IMG/VR virus record: IMGVR_UViG_3300020045_013843
Coordinates: 1 to 38,993 of that record
DNA length: 38,993 nt
Origin: a virus
Lineage: Duplodnaviria > Caudoviricetes
Reading direction: 5' to 3' (one strand)
Part shown: positions 27,824 through 36,437 of the stretch, piece by piece
Layout of the letters: every line of letters starts with the position of its first letter
Numbering within the stretch: position 1 is the first letter of the stretch
Made by a program: the position numbers and the translations under genes
The notes under the pieces: generated by a model
What the model was told of the DNA's origin: nothing
Databases searched by the model: none
The model's input: the letters and a program-made list of their open reading frames with translations, nothing else

Positions 27824-28204
27824 ATGTTTATTGTTAAGGCTACAAATATTGCAACATCGGAAATTACAGAGACAGAATTTGCAACAATGGCGGCTTGTGA
27901 GGCCCACAGGGCAACCCTTGATCCTTCTCTGTACAATACTGAAGTAATGTCCAAGGAAAAAAGATTTCCCAGCATATCTCCAAGGCAAATAGAAACTGCC
28001 TTGTTCCTTAACGGAATAACGAGCGAAATGGTGGAAGCCGCAATTATGACCCTGCCTTCCCCAGACAAAGAGCTTGGGCTGATAGCATGGAGAAAGTCTG
28101 GAAGTTTCGAAAGGGACGAGGCTGCGGTAGGATTAATTGGAAACATTTTAAATCTTACAGAGCAGCAATTGGATAGCATGTGGGCGGCAGGATTTCTTTT
28201 ATAA
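27824..28204 (+). CDS. Putative tail fibre-associated protein
   Basis: GGGGG SD before ATG 27824; ISPRQ..AL...W....FER...LTEQQLDSMW pattern common downstream of phage fibres. Confidence 0.7.
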   Translation: MFIVKATNIATSEITETEFATMAACEAHRATLDPSLYNTEVMSKEKRFPSISPRQIETALFLNGITSEMVEAAIMTLPSPDKELGLIAWRKSGSFERDEAAVGLIGNILNLTEQQLDSMWAAGFLL

Positions 28205-28419
28205 TGATTAGACTAGAAGCTTTTTCAAGATTCTTAAACGTGATGATAGGAGGCTCAGAATATGAGTCGCTATCAGCAAGGGCGTATAGAGCGGGAAATG
28301 AGAAATGGATAAACTGGATTTTCTTCTGGCAAAAGAATCATTGCAGAGGAGCATATAATAATGGACTCAAAAGGATGAACGCATACTACATCAATCAAGG
28401 AAGAAAAGATGGACGATAA
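28204..28419 (+). CDS. Small conserved phage protein
   Basis: TAATG overlap; N..IGG...ESLSARAYR...IFFWQKNHCRGAY pattern. Confidence 0.7.
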   Translation: MIRLEAFSRFLNVMIGGSEYESLSARAYRAGNEKWINWIFFWQKNHCRGAYNNGLKRMNAYYINQGRKDGR

Positions 28420-28711
28420 AGCATGGCAAGTTATTTTAGTTATTTTGGGAGTAGTATTCACAGCAATCGGAGGGCGCATAGTCGTTATTCTCGATAAGCT
28501 AAAGGAATCCATCGACCTCGCAAATGTGAATATCTCTATCCTTTCTGGAAAATTTTTAGTGGTAGTTGAGCGAGGAGAACGTCATGAAGTGGAGATAGAT
28601 AAGTTAAAAAATAATGATGAAAATATTAAAGAACGCCTTCATGATCTAGGTAATCATATCAATGGGATCAAGGCCCATATTGAATATTGTTCTGTTAATA
28701 AAAATAAGTAA
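28409..28711 (+). CDS. Single-TM coiled-coil protein (holin/antiholin candidate)
   Basis: N-terminal WQVILVILGVVFTAIGG then heptad-rich region; directly upstream of the endolysin. Confidence 0.6.
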   Translation: MDDKAWQVILVILGVVFTAIGGRIVVILDKLKESIDLANVNISILSGKFLVVVERGERHEVEIDKLKNNDENIKERLHDLGNHINGIKAHIEYCSVNKNK

Positions 28712-29283
28712 TGCTATCAATATTTAAATGGATATTTAAAAAACGGAAATGGAATATGGAAATACATAAGGTTGCCATTATAATTGGACATGGTGCTGGA
28801 GACTCCGGGGCCATGGGATGGAACGGAATGAGCGAGTTCAACTATAACTCTTTTGTTGCCGAAGAAGTGGCCAGAACCTCAATGGGAAAGGAGATAAAAC
28901 TTTTCTATCGGGGTGATTCAGGAATAAAAGGAGTCTCTAAAAAGGCAATGGCCTGGAGTCCTGACATCACTATTGAAATGCATTGTAATGCTTTCAATGG
29001 CCAAGCTAAAGGATGTTGTGTCCTAACTTTAAAGGATGAAATCTCCATAAAATACGGAAGAAAATTCTCCGAGGATTTCTGCAAAAAGTTTGGCAGGATA
29101 TTAAGGGATGAGGATGGAGTAGTAGAACTCTCCCGAAAAGATAGGGGTTATTTTTCCCTATCACAAGTAGACGATCCCCCTCCCTCAATCCTTGTAGAAC
29201 CTTTTTTCATAGATAACAAAGATGAATGGGTAAATCCTATGAGTTACTCTGAATTCCTTATTGATTGGATTAGGAGGTTATAG
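28711..29283 (+). CDS. Endolysin, N-acetylmuramoyl-L-alanine amidase (Amidase_3)
   Basis: IIIGHG, SE..YN, IEMHCNA and ILVEPFFIDN Zn-amidase motifs. Confidence 0.92.
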   Translation: MLSIFKWIFKKRKWNMEIHKVAIIIGHGAGDSGAMGWNGMSEFNYNSFVAEEVARTSMGKEIKLFYRGDSGIKGVSKKAMAWSPDITIEMHCNAFNGQAKGCCVLTLKDEISIKYGRKFSEDFCKKFGRILRDEDGVVELSRKDRGYFSLSQVDDPPPSILVEPFFIDNKDEWVNPMSYSEFLIDWIRRL

Positions 29284-29408
29284 TGAAAGAATTTTTATTT
29301 TACCTAGCTTTACTTATGATTCAGTCGTACTTAGAATACAGAAAAGGCCTGGATAAGAGTGAGCATAATTCTTACCTAGCAGTACTAATCAGCAAATTTA
29401 GGAGATAA
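29283..29408 (+). CDS. Unlisted 41-aa hydrophobic peptide MKEFLFYLALLMIQSYLEYRKGLDKSEHNSYLAVLISKFRR
   Basis: AGGAGG SD at 29272-29277, GTG overlapping the amidase TAG, TAA 29406-29408. Confidence 0.65.
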   Translation: MKEFLFYLALLMIQSYLEYRKGLDKSEHNSYLAVLISKFRR

Positions 29409-29410
29409 TT

Positions 29411-29671
29411 ATGGACATCAAAAACTCACTGGAAATCATTAAAGCAATCGAACTTTTAGGGGTAGAAGCAAAAATTATTTCTAAGGATGGGGTAGGATTA
29501 GAAGACCTTCCAGAATCGATAAAACTTCTTAAGCAAGTTGATGTTTTTGTGGCCGCTGTCTCTGATGCAAAATTGGTCATTGAAGAAATGAAAGAGCTAG
29601 ACCAATCTGAGCTGCTTCAGCTAGGAGCTGCTGCTTACTCAATGATTAAAAGCATATCGGAAGCAAAATAA
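29411..29671 (+). CDS. Hypothetical lysis-cassette protein
   Basis: AGGAG SD; amphipathic helical sequence with KDG...D and EMKELD.SE motifs. Confidence 0.65.
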   Translation: MDIKNSLEIIKAIELLGVEAKIISKDGVGLEDLPESIKLLKQVDVFVAAVSDAKLVIEEMKELDQSELLQLGAAAYSMIKSISEAK

Positions 29672-29886
29672 TGGTAGAGTTACTATTGGGTGTTCTTATG
29701 GCCGGACTTAAACTTAAGAACACCCTTGAGGATCGTAAATATTTAGATGAAGTCATAGCTCTCAGACAGGAATGGTTGAATGAATATAATAAGCCAAAGA
29801 AGTGTAGGTCTAATGCTGCTATTGACGCTATCGAGCTGCGCTTGGGGATCATTGCCAGGGCCTTCATCGATACCGCTGGAAAGTAG
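29671..29886 (+). CDS. Candidate inner-membrane spanin (Rz-like)
   Basis: Hydrophobic N-terminus MVELLLGVLMAGL, helical body, one Cys; overlapped by a lipoprotein ORF. Confidence 0.5.
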   Translation: MVELLLGVLMAGLKLKNTLEDRKYLDEVIALRQEWLNEYNKPKKCRSNAAIDAIELRLGIIARAFIDTAGK

Positions 29887-30079
29887 AAAATACGAAATTA
29901 TGGAAGATTGCTCAGGATTCGCTTGGCAATATCGAGTCTGCACTAAAAAATTTCTAGGTTTCTGCTTAAAGAATGAAATCAGGGCCGAAGAAATTAAAGC
30001 TGAATTCAAAGATAAAGTGGAATGCAAAAAACTTTTGGATATGAATTTTATTCTTCAAGTACGAGAAAAGCCACTGTAG
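29780..30079 (+). CDS. Lipoprotein, candidate outer-membrane spanin (Rz1-like)
   Basis: Signal peptide with lipobox LSSC, Pro-rich linker and four further Cys; starts inside the previous ORF in the +1 frame. Confidence 0.65.
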   Translation: MNIISQRSVGLMLLLTLSSCAWGSLPGPSSIPLESRKYEIMEDCSGFAWQYRVCTKKFLGFCLKNEIRAEEIKAEFKDKVECKKLLDMNFILQVREKPL

Positions 30080-30351
30080 TATCCTTCCTTAGTTAAGAGT
30101 ACGAAATTTCCCAGTATCCAAGCAATCTCTTCTATCCCAGGAAGAGAGAAATTTTCAAATTCCTCCGCTTCCATTTCTCTTTCCCTTCGGAGAATTGCCT
30201 TCTCTCTTTCCAATTGTTCCCTGGCCCACAAGATTTCTTGGAGATCCTCTTTGAGAAATTCATAATCTTCTCCAGAATTACTTCGGGTAAAGGGGTCTGA
30301 TAGAATCTCTTTTATTTTCTTTGTGGAAAGATATTTAACTTTTTTTGCCAT
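30055..30351 (-). CDS. Hypothetical protein
   Basis: Last ORF of the minus-strand operon; overlaps the HNH stop. Confidence 0.6.
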   Translation of the reverse strand: MAKKVKYLSTKKIKEILSDPFTRSNSGEDYEFLKEDLQEILWAREQLEREKAILRREREMEAEEFENFSLPGIEEIAWILGNFVLLTKEGYYSGFSRT

Positions 30352-30727
30352 ACGGAACTACCTTTACTCTAGTGGTAATTTTTAAAGTTGTTCTCATCTC
30401 ATTTAACCATTTCAATTTCCCCACTGTATCTGGATCTTCATTCCTATCAAACTTTGCAGTTACAAAGTTATGATGTTCTGTACATAGGGGAATATGATTA
30501 TCATTCTTCTCGAATAGTTCTTTGTCTCCCTTGGCCGCTCGAAAGTGATCAACTACTTTAGAAGGATTTCCGCAGGCGTAACACTGGGGATTATGATAAA
30601 GGAATCTGAAACGATACTGACTCCACTCGGAGGTGTTGTACATTTCTTGGGTATTTCTTCTTTTATTATTAACAAATTTTTTAGCTTTAGAATTTTTCGG
30701 GGGAGAAAAAAGCTTTGGATTCTTCAT
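30335..30727 (-). CDS. HNH endonuclease (HK97 gp74-like)
   Basis: YNTSEW..YR..FL..NPQCYAC...VDH...NHIPLCTEHHN pattern. Confidence 0.88.
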   Translation of the reverse strand: MKNPKLFSPPKNSKAKKFVNNKRRNTQEMYNTSEWSQYRFRFLYHNPQCYACGNPSKVVDHFRAAKGDKELFEKNDNHIPLCTEHHNFVTAKFDRNEDPDTVGKLKWLNEMRTTLKITTRVKVVPYGKKS

Positions 30728-30887
30728 CTTTAAGGGCCTTGTAAAATACTCTGTTTATTTCTAGTTGTTGTTCTATGTCTAGTAGCCTTGCAAACATTTC
30801 TGGAGTTTTAATGGGAGTGCCATCTATTGTTCTTTTTTCTTTTACTAGTTCTTTAATATGGTCTCTCACTTCTTGAGCGTAAATCAT
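30687..30887 (-). CDS. Hypothetical protein
   Basis: ATGA overlap with the helicase stop. Confidence 0.6.
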   Translation of the reverse strand: MIYAQEVRDHIKELVKEKRTIDGTPIKTPEMFARLLDIEQQLEINRVFYKALKDEESKAFFSPEKF

Positions 30888-32173
30888 CCTAAGACCTTCT
30901 TTATCGTTTCCATCTTAGCTTCTAGTTTACGAAGGATGTATTTAGATTGATAGGTACCGTGCATAAAATGGTAAATAGGAGTTCTTTTTTGACATATCCT
31001 ACGAATCCTATCCATTAATTGTCTCAAGTCTCCGGGTCTCCAAGGAAGGTCATTAACAATCAGATTGCAAGAAGCAGTTAACGTAAAACTACACCCCAAT
31101 GTCCCAGTAGTTCCACAGATAACTTGTATAGTAGGGAATGTCTGGAATCCTTCCACTTTCTTAGCTCTTTCAGAAGGGTCCATTGCCGAAGTAAGAGGCT
31201 CAACCTCAAAAGCCTCAGCTATTTTCTTGATGGATTCAACATGGTCGGAAAAAATAACAATTTTATCTACTCCCTGAGCAAGTAAGTTCTTAGCGTATTC
31301 TATAGTAAACGGGGCCATTGCCAGTGCTGCCATTGCCTTAGCTTTAGATTTTACGCTTTCCCCTTGGCTAGAATCTTGGAATGCTTCGAAGTCTTCCATT
31401 AACTCTGGACAATCTAATTCCTCGGCCTGGACATCCTTAGTAATTCCCCCTGGAATTTTTAAAATTTTATCTGGGTCAAAACTGATAAAAATATCCCTCA
31501 GATACTTTTTTAATTCGGGAATGTTTCGTATCCCCTCATAAGTTACTTTAGTTCCAAAAGTGGAGTGTACCTCTTTTCTGTAGGAAAAGTGTTCTGCAAA
31601 GTCGATTGAGGTAGGAAATCTTTTGAGGAATTCTGGCTCTTTTATTCGAGGATTGTACATGCAAAGAGCGATTAAGGAGTAGAAATCTACCACTTGATTA
31701 GAGATTGGGGTTCCTGTCATCATTACCACTCTCTTTACCTCACGCTCAAAGATATATCTGTGAATTAATTCTGTTCTTTGGGCCTTCATCTCCTTAATAT
31801 AATGCGCTTCGTCAATTACTACTATATCTGCCCATGAGAAGAGATCTTCTGCGTATTTAACCATTTCAAAATTAATAATGGCAATATCAGAGGCCCATGG
31901 GGTGTAGAGTTTTTTCCTATCTAGGAAACAACTTATTTCAGCATCTGGAAACCATTTTAGTATTTCATGTTTGGTGGAGATTTTATAAGAGGCCGGACAG
32001 ATATATAAAGTATTAACTTCTCTTTCAAATTTTTTCTTCAACATCTGGACTAAATAAATTACGCTTAACGTCTTACCCGCCCCTGGGAAGAGGCCCATGA
32101 TGAAATAAGGATTCTTAATGCCATACTCAACTGTTTGCAATTGGTGAGGGAGAATATCGTCTATAGATGGCAT
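30884..32173 (-). CDS. SNF2-family helicase
   Basis: PHQ, Walker A PGAGKT, DEAH, MTGTPISN and QLMDRIRRICQ motifs. Confidence 0.92.
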   Translation of the reverse strand: MPSIDDILPHQLQTVEYGIKNPYFIMGLFPGAGKTLSVIYLVQMLKKKFEREVNTLYICPASYKISTKHEILKWFPDAEISCFLDRKKLYTPWASDIAIINFEMVKYAEDLFSWADIVVIDEAHYIKEMKAQRTELIHRYIFEREVKRVVMMTGTPISNQVVDFYSLIALCMYNPRIKEPEFLKRFPTSIDFAEHFSYRKEVHSTFGTKVTYEGIRNIPELKKYLRDIFISFDPDKILKIPGGITKDVQAEELDCPELMEDFEAFQDSSQGESVKSKAKAMAALAMAPFTIEYAKNLLAQGVDKIVIFSDHVESIKKIAEAFEVEPLTSAMDPSERAKKVEGFQTFPTIQVICGTTGTLGCSFTLTASCNLIVNDLPWRPGDLRQLMDRIRRICQKRTPIYHFMHGTYQSKYILRKLEAKMETIKKVLG

Positions 32174-32193
32174 TAAGAATCCCTGGTTAAGAT

Positions 32194-33810
32194 TTAAATG
32201 TCTGAATCACTTTCTTCCATATAAGGAGTCATTTTTTCCTGTAGAAGTTCCTTAAAGGAAGGAAGGATTACTCCTGAGCCATCTAGGAAGTCAGTACCTG
32301 TGAGAGAGGTAGCTAATTTTTTAGCGAATGCTTTTGCATCTGCATTCTTTCTCCACCCGTCACAAACTTCATCCAAGGTACTGGCCACCTGAGCTCTATG
32401 GTCATCATTAGTATACTCAAAAGCAGTAGTTACCGCAGGCTTTTTCTTTGTTTCTTTGTCTTTAGATTTTTTAGAATCCGCTGCTGCTTCCTCTTTTTTC
32501 GTTTCTTCTTCTTTTACTTTTTCCTTTTTATTTTCCTCTTTCTTAGCTTCTAGCTTAGCTTCAGATTTTTTTTCTTTAGCAGGAGCAGCAGAAGGTGTTC
32601 CTTGAGCTTCATTTACCATGGCCTTTAGAGCAGTTACGCATTCCAAAGCATCTTCTCCATCTAATAGGATCGCTGACATCCCAATTTTTTCATTTTCGTA
32701 ATCTGCTAGTTTAAAAGTTCTTTGATACTCAACACTTGTTATTTTCATCTCTTCATCCTTTTCTTGAGAGGAAATATCTTCCTCGTTTAATTGATTGTTT
32801 CCGTTTTCTATTTGTCTTTTAATATCTGATAAATCACTTAGCTCATGCTCCCCTGGATCAAGGAACTTTTTATTAAGCCATACTAACTCATGCTCTTTAG
32901 GGCCAAGGTCATTTAATACCGAGGAATCTGAATCCAGCTTCCAATCGATATTTTGATAATAAGCAATGTCTAAAATGGCCTTTATCCACTTGGCCCTTCC
33001 GATCTTTACATTATCCGCGTCTGCTCTCCAGGGCTTTCCTATAGGAGCATTCAGCTTCTCATGGAGAGTTTTAGAGGCATACAGCCAGATAAAATCCTTG
33101 TAAGTTCTCCCCACTACCGCTGAAAAAATATCTAGGTAGAGAGAAGCAGATAAATCATAGGAGTAATCCGAAGTTTTGCCTTTAATTGCATATTCATCGG
33201 ATACATCTCCAGAAGCAGATTTCAAATCTGAAATAGTTACTCCATTTAAATCGATGGAATCCGCTCGAACCTTTACTCCTACCTCAACAACATTCTTTCC
33301 TATGAAGAAATTATCGTGGATTACAGTAGTGACCTCCCTCCATCCTGCATACGTCATCCTAAAAGTTTGAGATGAGTTTCTGAAATAGACAGAACCATCT
33401 TTAACGTAAAGAGTTAGGAATGCGGAAACTTCAGGAGTTCCTAGAGCTATGTAGCCGAGGGAAATAGGGCATTGCTTAATTGCGTTTACACAATTCATGG
33501 CCTTCTGGTATTCCGACTTTGTAATTATCGCTTTACCAGAATGCAGGGTTTTAAAAGACTCCCACTTAGAGCCTGCTCTAGTTCCTTCATAAACTGCACA
33601 CTCTTTTTTTAAAAGATGTGGCTCTAAAATTGCCGTATGGAAATATGTTCCAATGTCAAAAGCTGCATTCTCTTCTCTAGGAATTTCTCTTGTAATATAT
33701 TTCTTGTAAAACAATTTAGGAGAATAGAGCATATCCTTCAATTGCGATGAAGAATAATGCTCCCTCTCAGCATGGTAGTCATTACTCGAAAGATTTTTTA
33801 TTAGTTTCAT
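32194..33810 (-). CDS. RecE/exonuclease VIII-like PD-(D/E)XK nuclease (DUF3799-like) with C-terminal extension
   Basis: YH...SSSQLK, IGTYFHTAILEP, EVS, KVRAD, DLKS and YDLSASLY motifs. Confidence 0.85.
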   Translation of the reverse strand: MKLIKNLSSNDYHAEREHYSSSQLKDMLYSPKLFYKKYITREIPREENAAFDIGTYFHTAILEPHLLKKECAVYEGTRAGSKWESFKTLHSGKAIITKSEYQKAMNCVNAIKQCPISLGYIALGTPEVSAFLTLYVKDGSVYFRNSSQTFRMTYAGWREVTTVIHDNFFIGKNVVEVGVKVRADSIDLNGVTISDLKSASGDVSDEYAIKGKTSDYSYDLSASLYLDIFSAVVGRTYKDFIWLYASKTLHEKLNAPIGKPWRADADNVKIGRAKWIKAILDIAYYQNIDWKLDSDSSVLNDLGPKEHELVWLNKKFLDPGEHELSDLSDIKRQIENGNNQLNEEDISSQEKDEEMKITSVEYQRTFKLADYENEKIGMSAILLDGEDALECVTALKAMVNEAQGTPSAAPAKEKKSEAKLEAKKEENKKEKVKEEETKKEEAAADSKKSKDKETKKKPAVTTAFEYTNDDHRAQVASTLDEVCDGWRKNADAKAFAKKLATSLTGTDFLDGSGVILPSFKELLQEKMTPYMEESDSDI

Positions 33811-33830
33811 GAATGCCCTGCTTTATTTTT

Positions 33831-34214
33831 TTATAGATCTTCGCTATCATCTTCTACTGTGGAAAGTTCAACAACATGACAATCTTTTCCAGCGAACTTC
33901 CCTTTTAATACTTCAGTAGTTCCTTGATATTCAAACTGGAATAACTCTCCGATGCGGTCGTCATTCTTCAATTCTATGAAGGCCTTTCCGAGACTTCCGC
34001 AATTATTAATTGAAAGAACTTTATTCAAGTATTTAGATTCTGATTTATCCTTCAATGAAGCATATTCAACTTCAAGTTTAACTCCGACTTTATCAAACTT
34101 GTCAGTGTGGAAACCAACTAACTTTCCTACAATGATGTCACCGATGTCCCACTCTTCCCATTGACGGTAGAGACCTCCTCCAGTTAGTGATTCTCTCTTC
34201 TTAAATACTCTCAT
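33831..34214 (-). CDS. Putative ssDNA-binding protein
   Basis: AGGAG SD; small beta-rich protein with aromatic residues and acidic tail EDDSEDL; lies between the polymerase and the exonuclease. Confidence 0.55.
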   Translation of the reverse strand: MRVFKKRESLTGGGLYRQWEEWDIGDIIVGKLVGFHTDKFDKVGVKLEVEYASLKDKSESKYLNKVLSINNCGSLGKAFIELKNDDRIGELFQFEYQGTTEVLKGKFAGKDCHVVELSTVEDDSEDL

Positions 34215-34236
34215 TTTTGACTCCTACTTTAAACTT

Positions 34237-34256
34237 TAGGGAAGAAATTTTCCCTA
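34237..34256 (-). promoter_or_regulatory. Inverted repeat in the leader of the SSB-like gene
   Basis: TAGGGAA-gaaatt-TTCCCTA. Confidence 0.45.
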
Positions 34257-34335
34257 CCTTAAATTATTTTTAAGAACATTAGAACAATTTTGAACAGCTT
34301 GAAAAGTAAATTTTTTAAATAGTTTACTAGTGTGT

Positions 34336-36402
34336 CTATATATCTGAAACATCGTATTCCAGATATTTTTTATACTTGTGGTAATACTCTATACTTCTCT
34401 TATCTAGGTATTTTTTTTGTAATTTTATTTTATGTCCTGCTGGAGTATAGATTTCTTTCCCTTCCTCGTAGTCATCACTCCAAACTGTTATATCCATTTT
34501 AATTTTTGAAGCGTATTCTTTTAAATCATCAGGGAAATAATGGACAAATGCCTCTCTCATAGCATCTCTCATTTTATCAATTGCAGATAAGTCATCTGAA
34601 TCGAATTCTACAAATAGAGCATCATGAAGAGTAAACGGAATATAAATTCCTTTCTCATAACAGAGTAAATCTGCTTTCCTCATGATAGCGGCTCCTGCCC
34701 CTTGGACCCTTGAGTTAATAATAGATCTAAAGTTATCTTCAGTGGAACCATTAAACACATAGTACCCATCCAAAAGTTTAATATGGTTTTGCTCTGTGAA
34801 ATATTCCTCGTAATCTTGTTTCTGCCACTCCGAAAAAGTATCAAAAATATCGTAAAACAAATCAATTAATTCTTGGGCCTGATCTGTAGTGTGTACTTCT
34901 CCTATGTCTTGTGTTAATTTTGTTGCGAGACCGTACTTAGTCATTAAATAAGAAATTGCTAATGTCGTCGCCTTGAATCGATCCCTCTCCTTTTCATAAT
35001 CTTTTCTAATCGCATCCTGGGGAACAGCATTGGCGGCTTTAGCAAAGAAAAAATAAACATCACCTGAAAAATAGGCTTGCAGCATTTTCTCATCTCTGGA
35101 GAGTAGAGCAGCAATGAAAAATTCCTCACTACCATAGTCAATCATGGACATCGCTTTCCCTTTTTTAGGGAGAACCATAGACCTCATCCAGCTAGGCTTC
35201 AAAAACATAAACCCAGTGGCGGCCGGCTGTGATCTAGAGCTTTGAGCTATATAAATTCCCATGTAAGGGCGAACTCTTTGATCGCTTCCCACATAATCCC
35301 AGAAATTTTTCTTTCCTTTATCTGGAGTAGATTTAAATCCAGAAAGGTTTTGTTTAACAATCAAATACCGTACCATCTGGGCCCCAAAATTATCTGTGGG
35401 GTAGCTATGTTTAAATGGAAATTTGTCTTCCCATGCCTCTAGGGCCAAGGATAAATATTCTCCTTTATCTAGATCCTTAATTGTTTTTCTATCTCGGTCA
35501 TATGTCTTGGTAAGCATCCACTTTTCTTTATACCCTTGATCTATAAGCCATTGCTTAGTGGCCAATTGGTTCCAAGAAAATTTCCCCTTTTTCCTGTCCC
35601 ATCTAAAAGGCTGTATGCCTGGGAATAACGAATTAATTTCAAGTTGAATCTCTTTTAAAATGTGATCGATTGCTTTAGTGAAATTTTTAACAGCAGCATA
35701 GTCTATAGGATACCCTTTAGACTCTCTGATTGCCGTTAGGGCCGCGTATCTCCCTCGTAACAACATGCTCTCATGGATTTCTTTGGCCTTGTATTTTCCT
35801 TTCAGAACCTTCTTATATTCTTGCTCTACCCTTTCGAGTATTGTTTCCAAATGTACAACATCCATTTTATTATACGCGAGTATGTCTCTCTTTTCTGTCT
35901 CTGAAAATTCTTCAGGACAAGAGATAATTAAATCTCTAAGCCTATCTTTTTCCTCGGTATCTCTAATTTCCCCGGTTAATTTAAAAGTACATTCTGCCAG
36001 GGAATGTTTTAATTTTTGAGATCCCTTATCACCTTCTCTTCTTTGCCATTTTGGTTTCGCAGGAGATAGTTTAACTTTCCTTCCATCTATTAAATGTTCT
36101 CCGTATGAGAGGTAAGGATTGTGATTAGTAAGCTGTCTCCATTCAAGATGTAAATCTATCCATTTAAAATCCATTGGATTTAGATGAAGAGAGAACAGAG
36201 AGCGGGCCTCGGCAATATCAGCAAAACCTACTATTATTTTATCCTTATGCTTTACAAAATATTCTCTTAACTCTTCTTGACGAAAGGGATCTTTATGGAG
36301 CCACCATTCAATAGGATCTTCTCCAGGGATATAGGTTACACAGGATACTAAATTTAAGTAGTATTCTTTCGTTTGGTTGAACTCGAAATCTGTAAAAATC
36401 AT
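34336..36402 (-). CDS. polA: DNA polymerase family A with 3'-5' exonuclease
   Basis: ExoI DFEF, ExoIII YNKMDV, SSRSQP, motif A IDYGSEE, motif B RDRFKATTLAISY, NSRVQG and motif C LHDA. Confidence 0.92.
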   Translation of the reverse strand: MIFTDFEFNQTKEYYLNLVSCVTYIPGEDPIEWWLHKDPFRQEELREYFVKHKDKIIVGFADIAEARSLFSLHLNPMDFKWIDLHLEWRQLTNHNPYLSYGEHLIDGRKVKLSPAKPKWQRREGDKGSQKLKHSLAECTFKLTGEIRDTEEKDRLRDLIISCPEEFSETEKRDILAYNKMDVVHLETILERVEQEYKKVLKGKYKAKEIHESMLLRGRYAALTAIRESKGYPIDYAAVKNFTKAIDHILKEIQLEINSLFPGIQPFRWDRKKGKFSWNQLATKQWLIDQGYKEKWMLTKTYDRDRKTIKDLDKGEYLSLALEAWEDKFPFKHSYPTDNFGAQMVRYLIVKQNLSGFKSTPDKGKKNFWDYVGSDQRVRPYMGIYIAQSSRSQPAATGFMFLKPSWMRSMVLPKKGKAMSMIDYGSEEFFIAALLSRDEKMLQAYFSGDVYFFFAKAANAVPQDAIRKDYEKERDRFKATTLAISYLMTKYGLATKLTQDIGEVHTTDQAQELIDLFYDIFDTFSEWQKQDYEEYFTEQNHIKLLDGYYVFNGSTEDNFRSIINSRVQGAGAAIMRKADLLCYEKGIYIPFTLHDALFVEFDSDDLSAIDKMRDAMREAFVHYFPDDLKEYASKIKMDITVWSDDYEEGKEIYTPAGHKIKLQKKYLDKRSIEYYHKYKKYLEYDVSDI

Positions 36403-36403
36403 A

Positions 36404-36432
36404 TTGGCAAACTCTCCGAGACTTTCTATTGT
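36404..36432 (+). promoter_or_regulatory. Sigma70-like promoter for the HNH gene (possibly leaderless)
   Basis: TTGGCA (36404-36409), 17 bp spacer, TATTGT (36427-36432), ATG at 36438 with no SD. Confidence 0.5.
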
Positions 36433-36437
36433 ATTCT

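Noticed and set aside
27749-28203. ORF-track starts at 27749 and 28180
   Set aside because: Better starts exist at ATG 27824 (GGGGG SD) and ATG 28204 (TAATG coupling).
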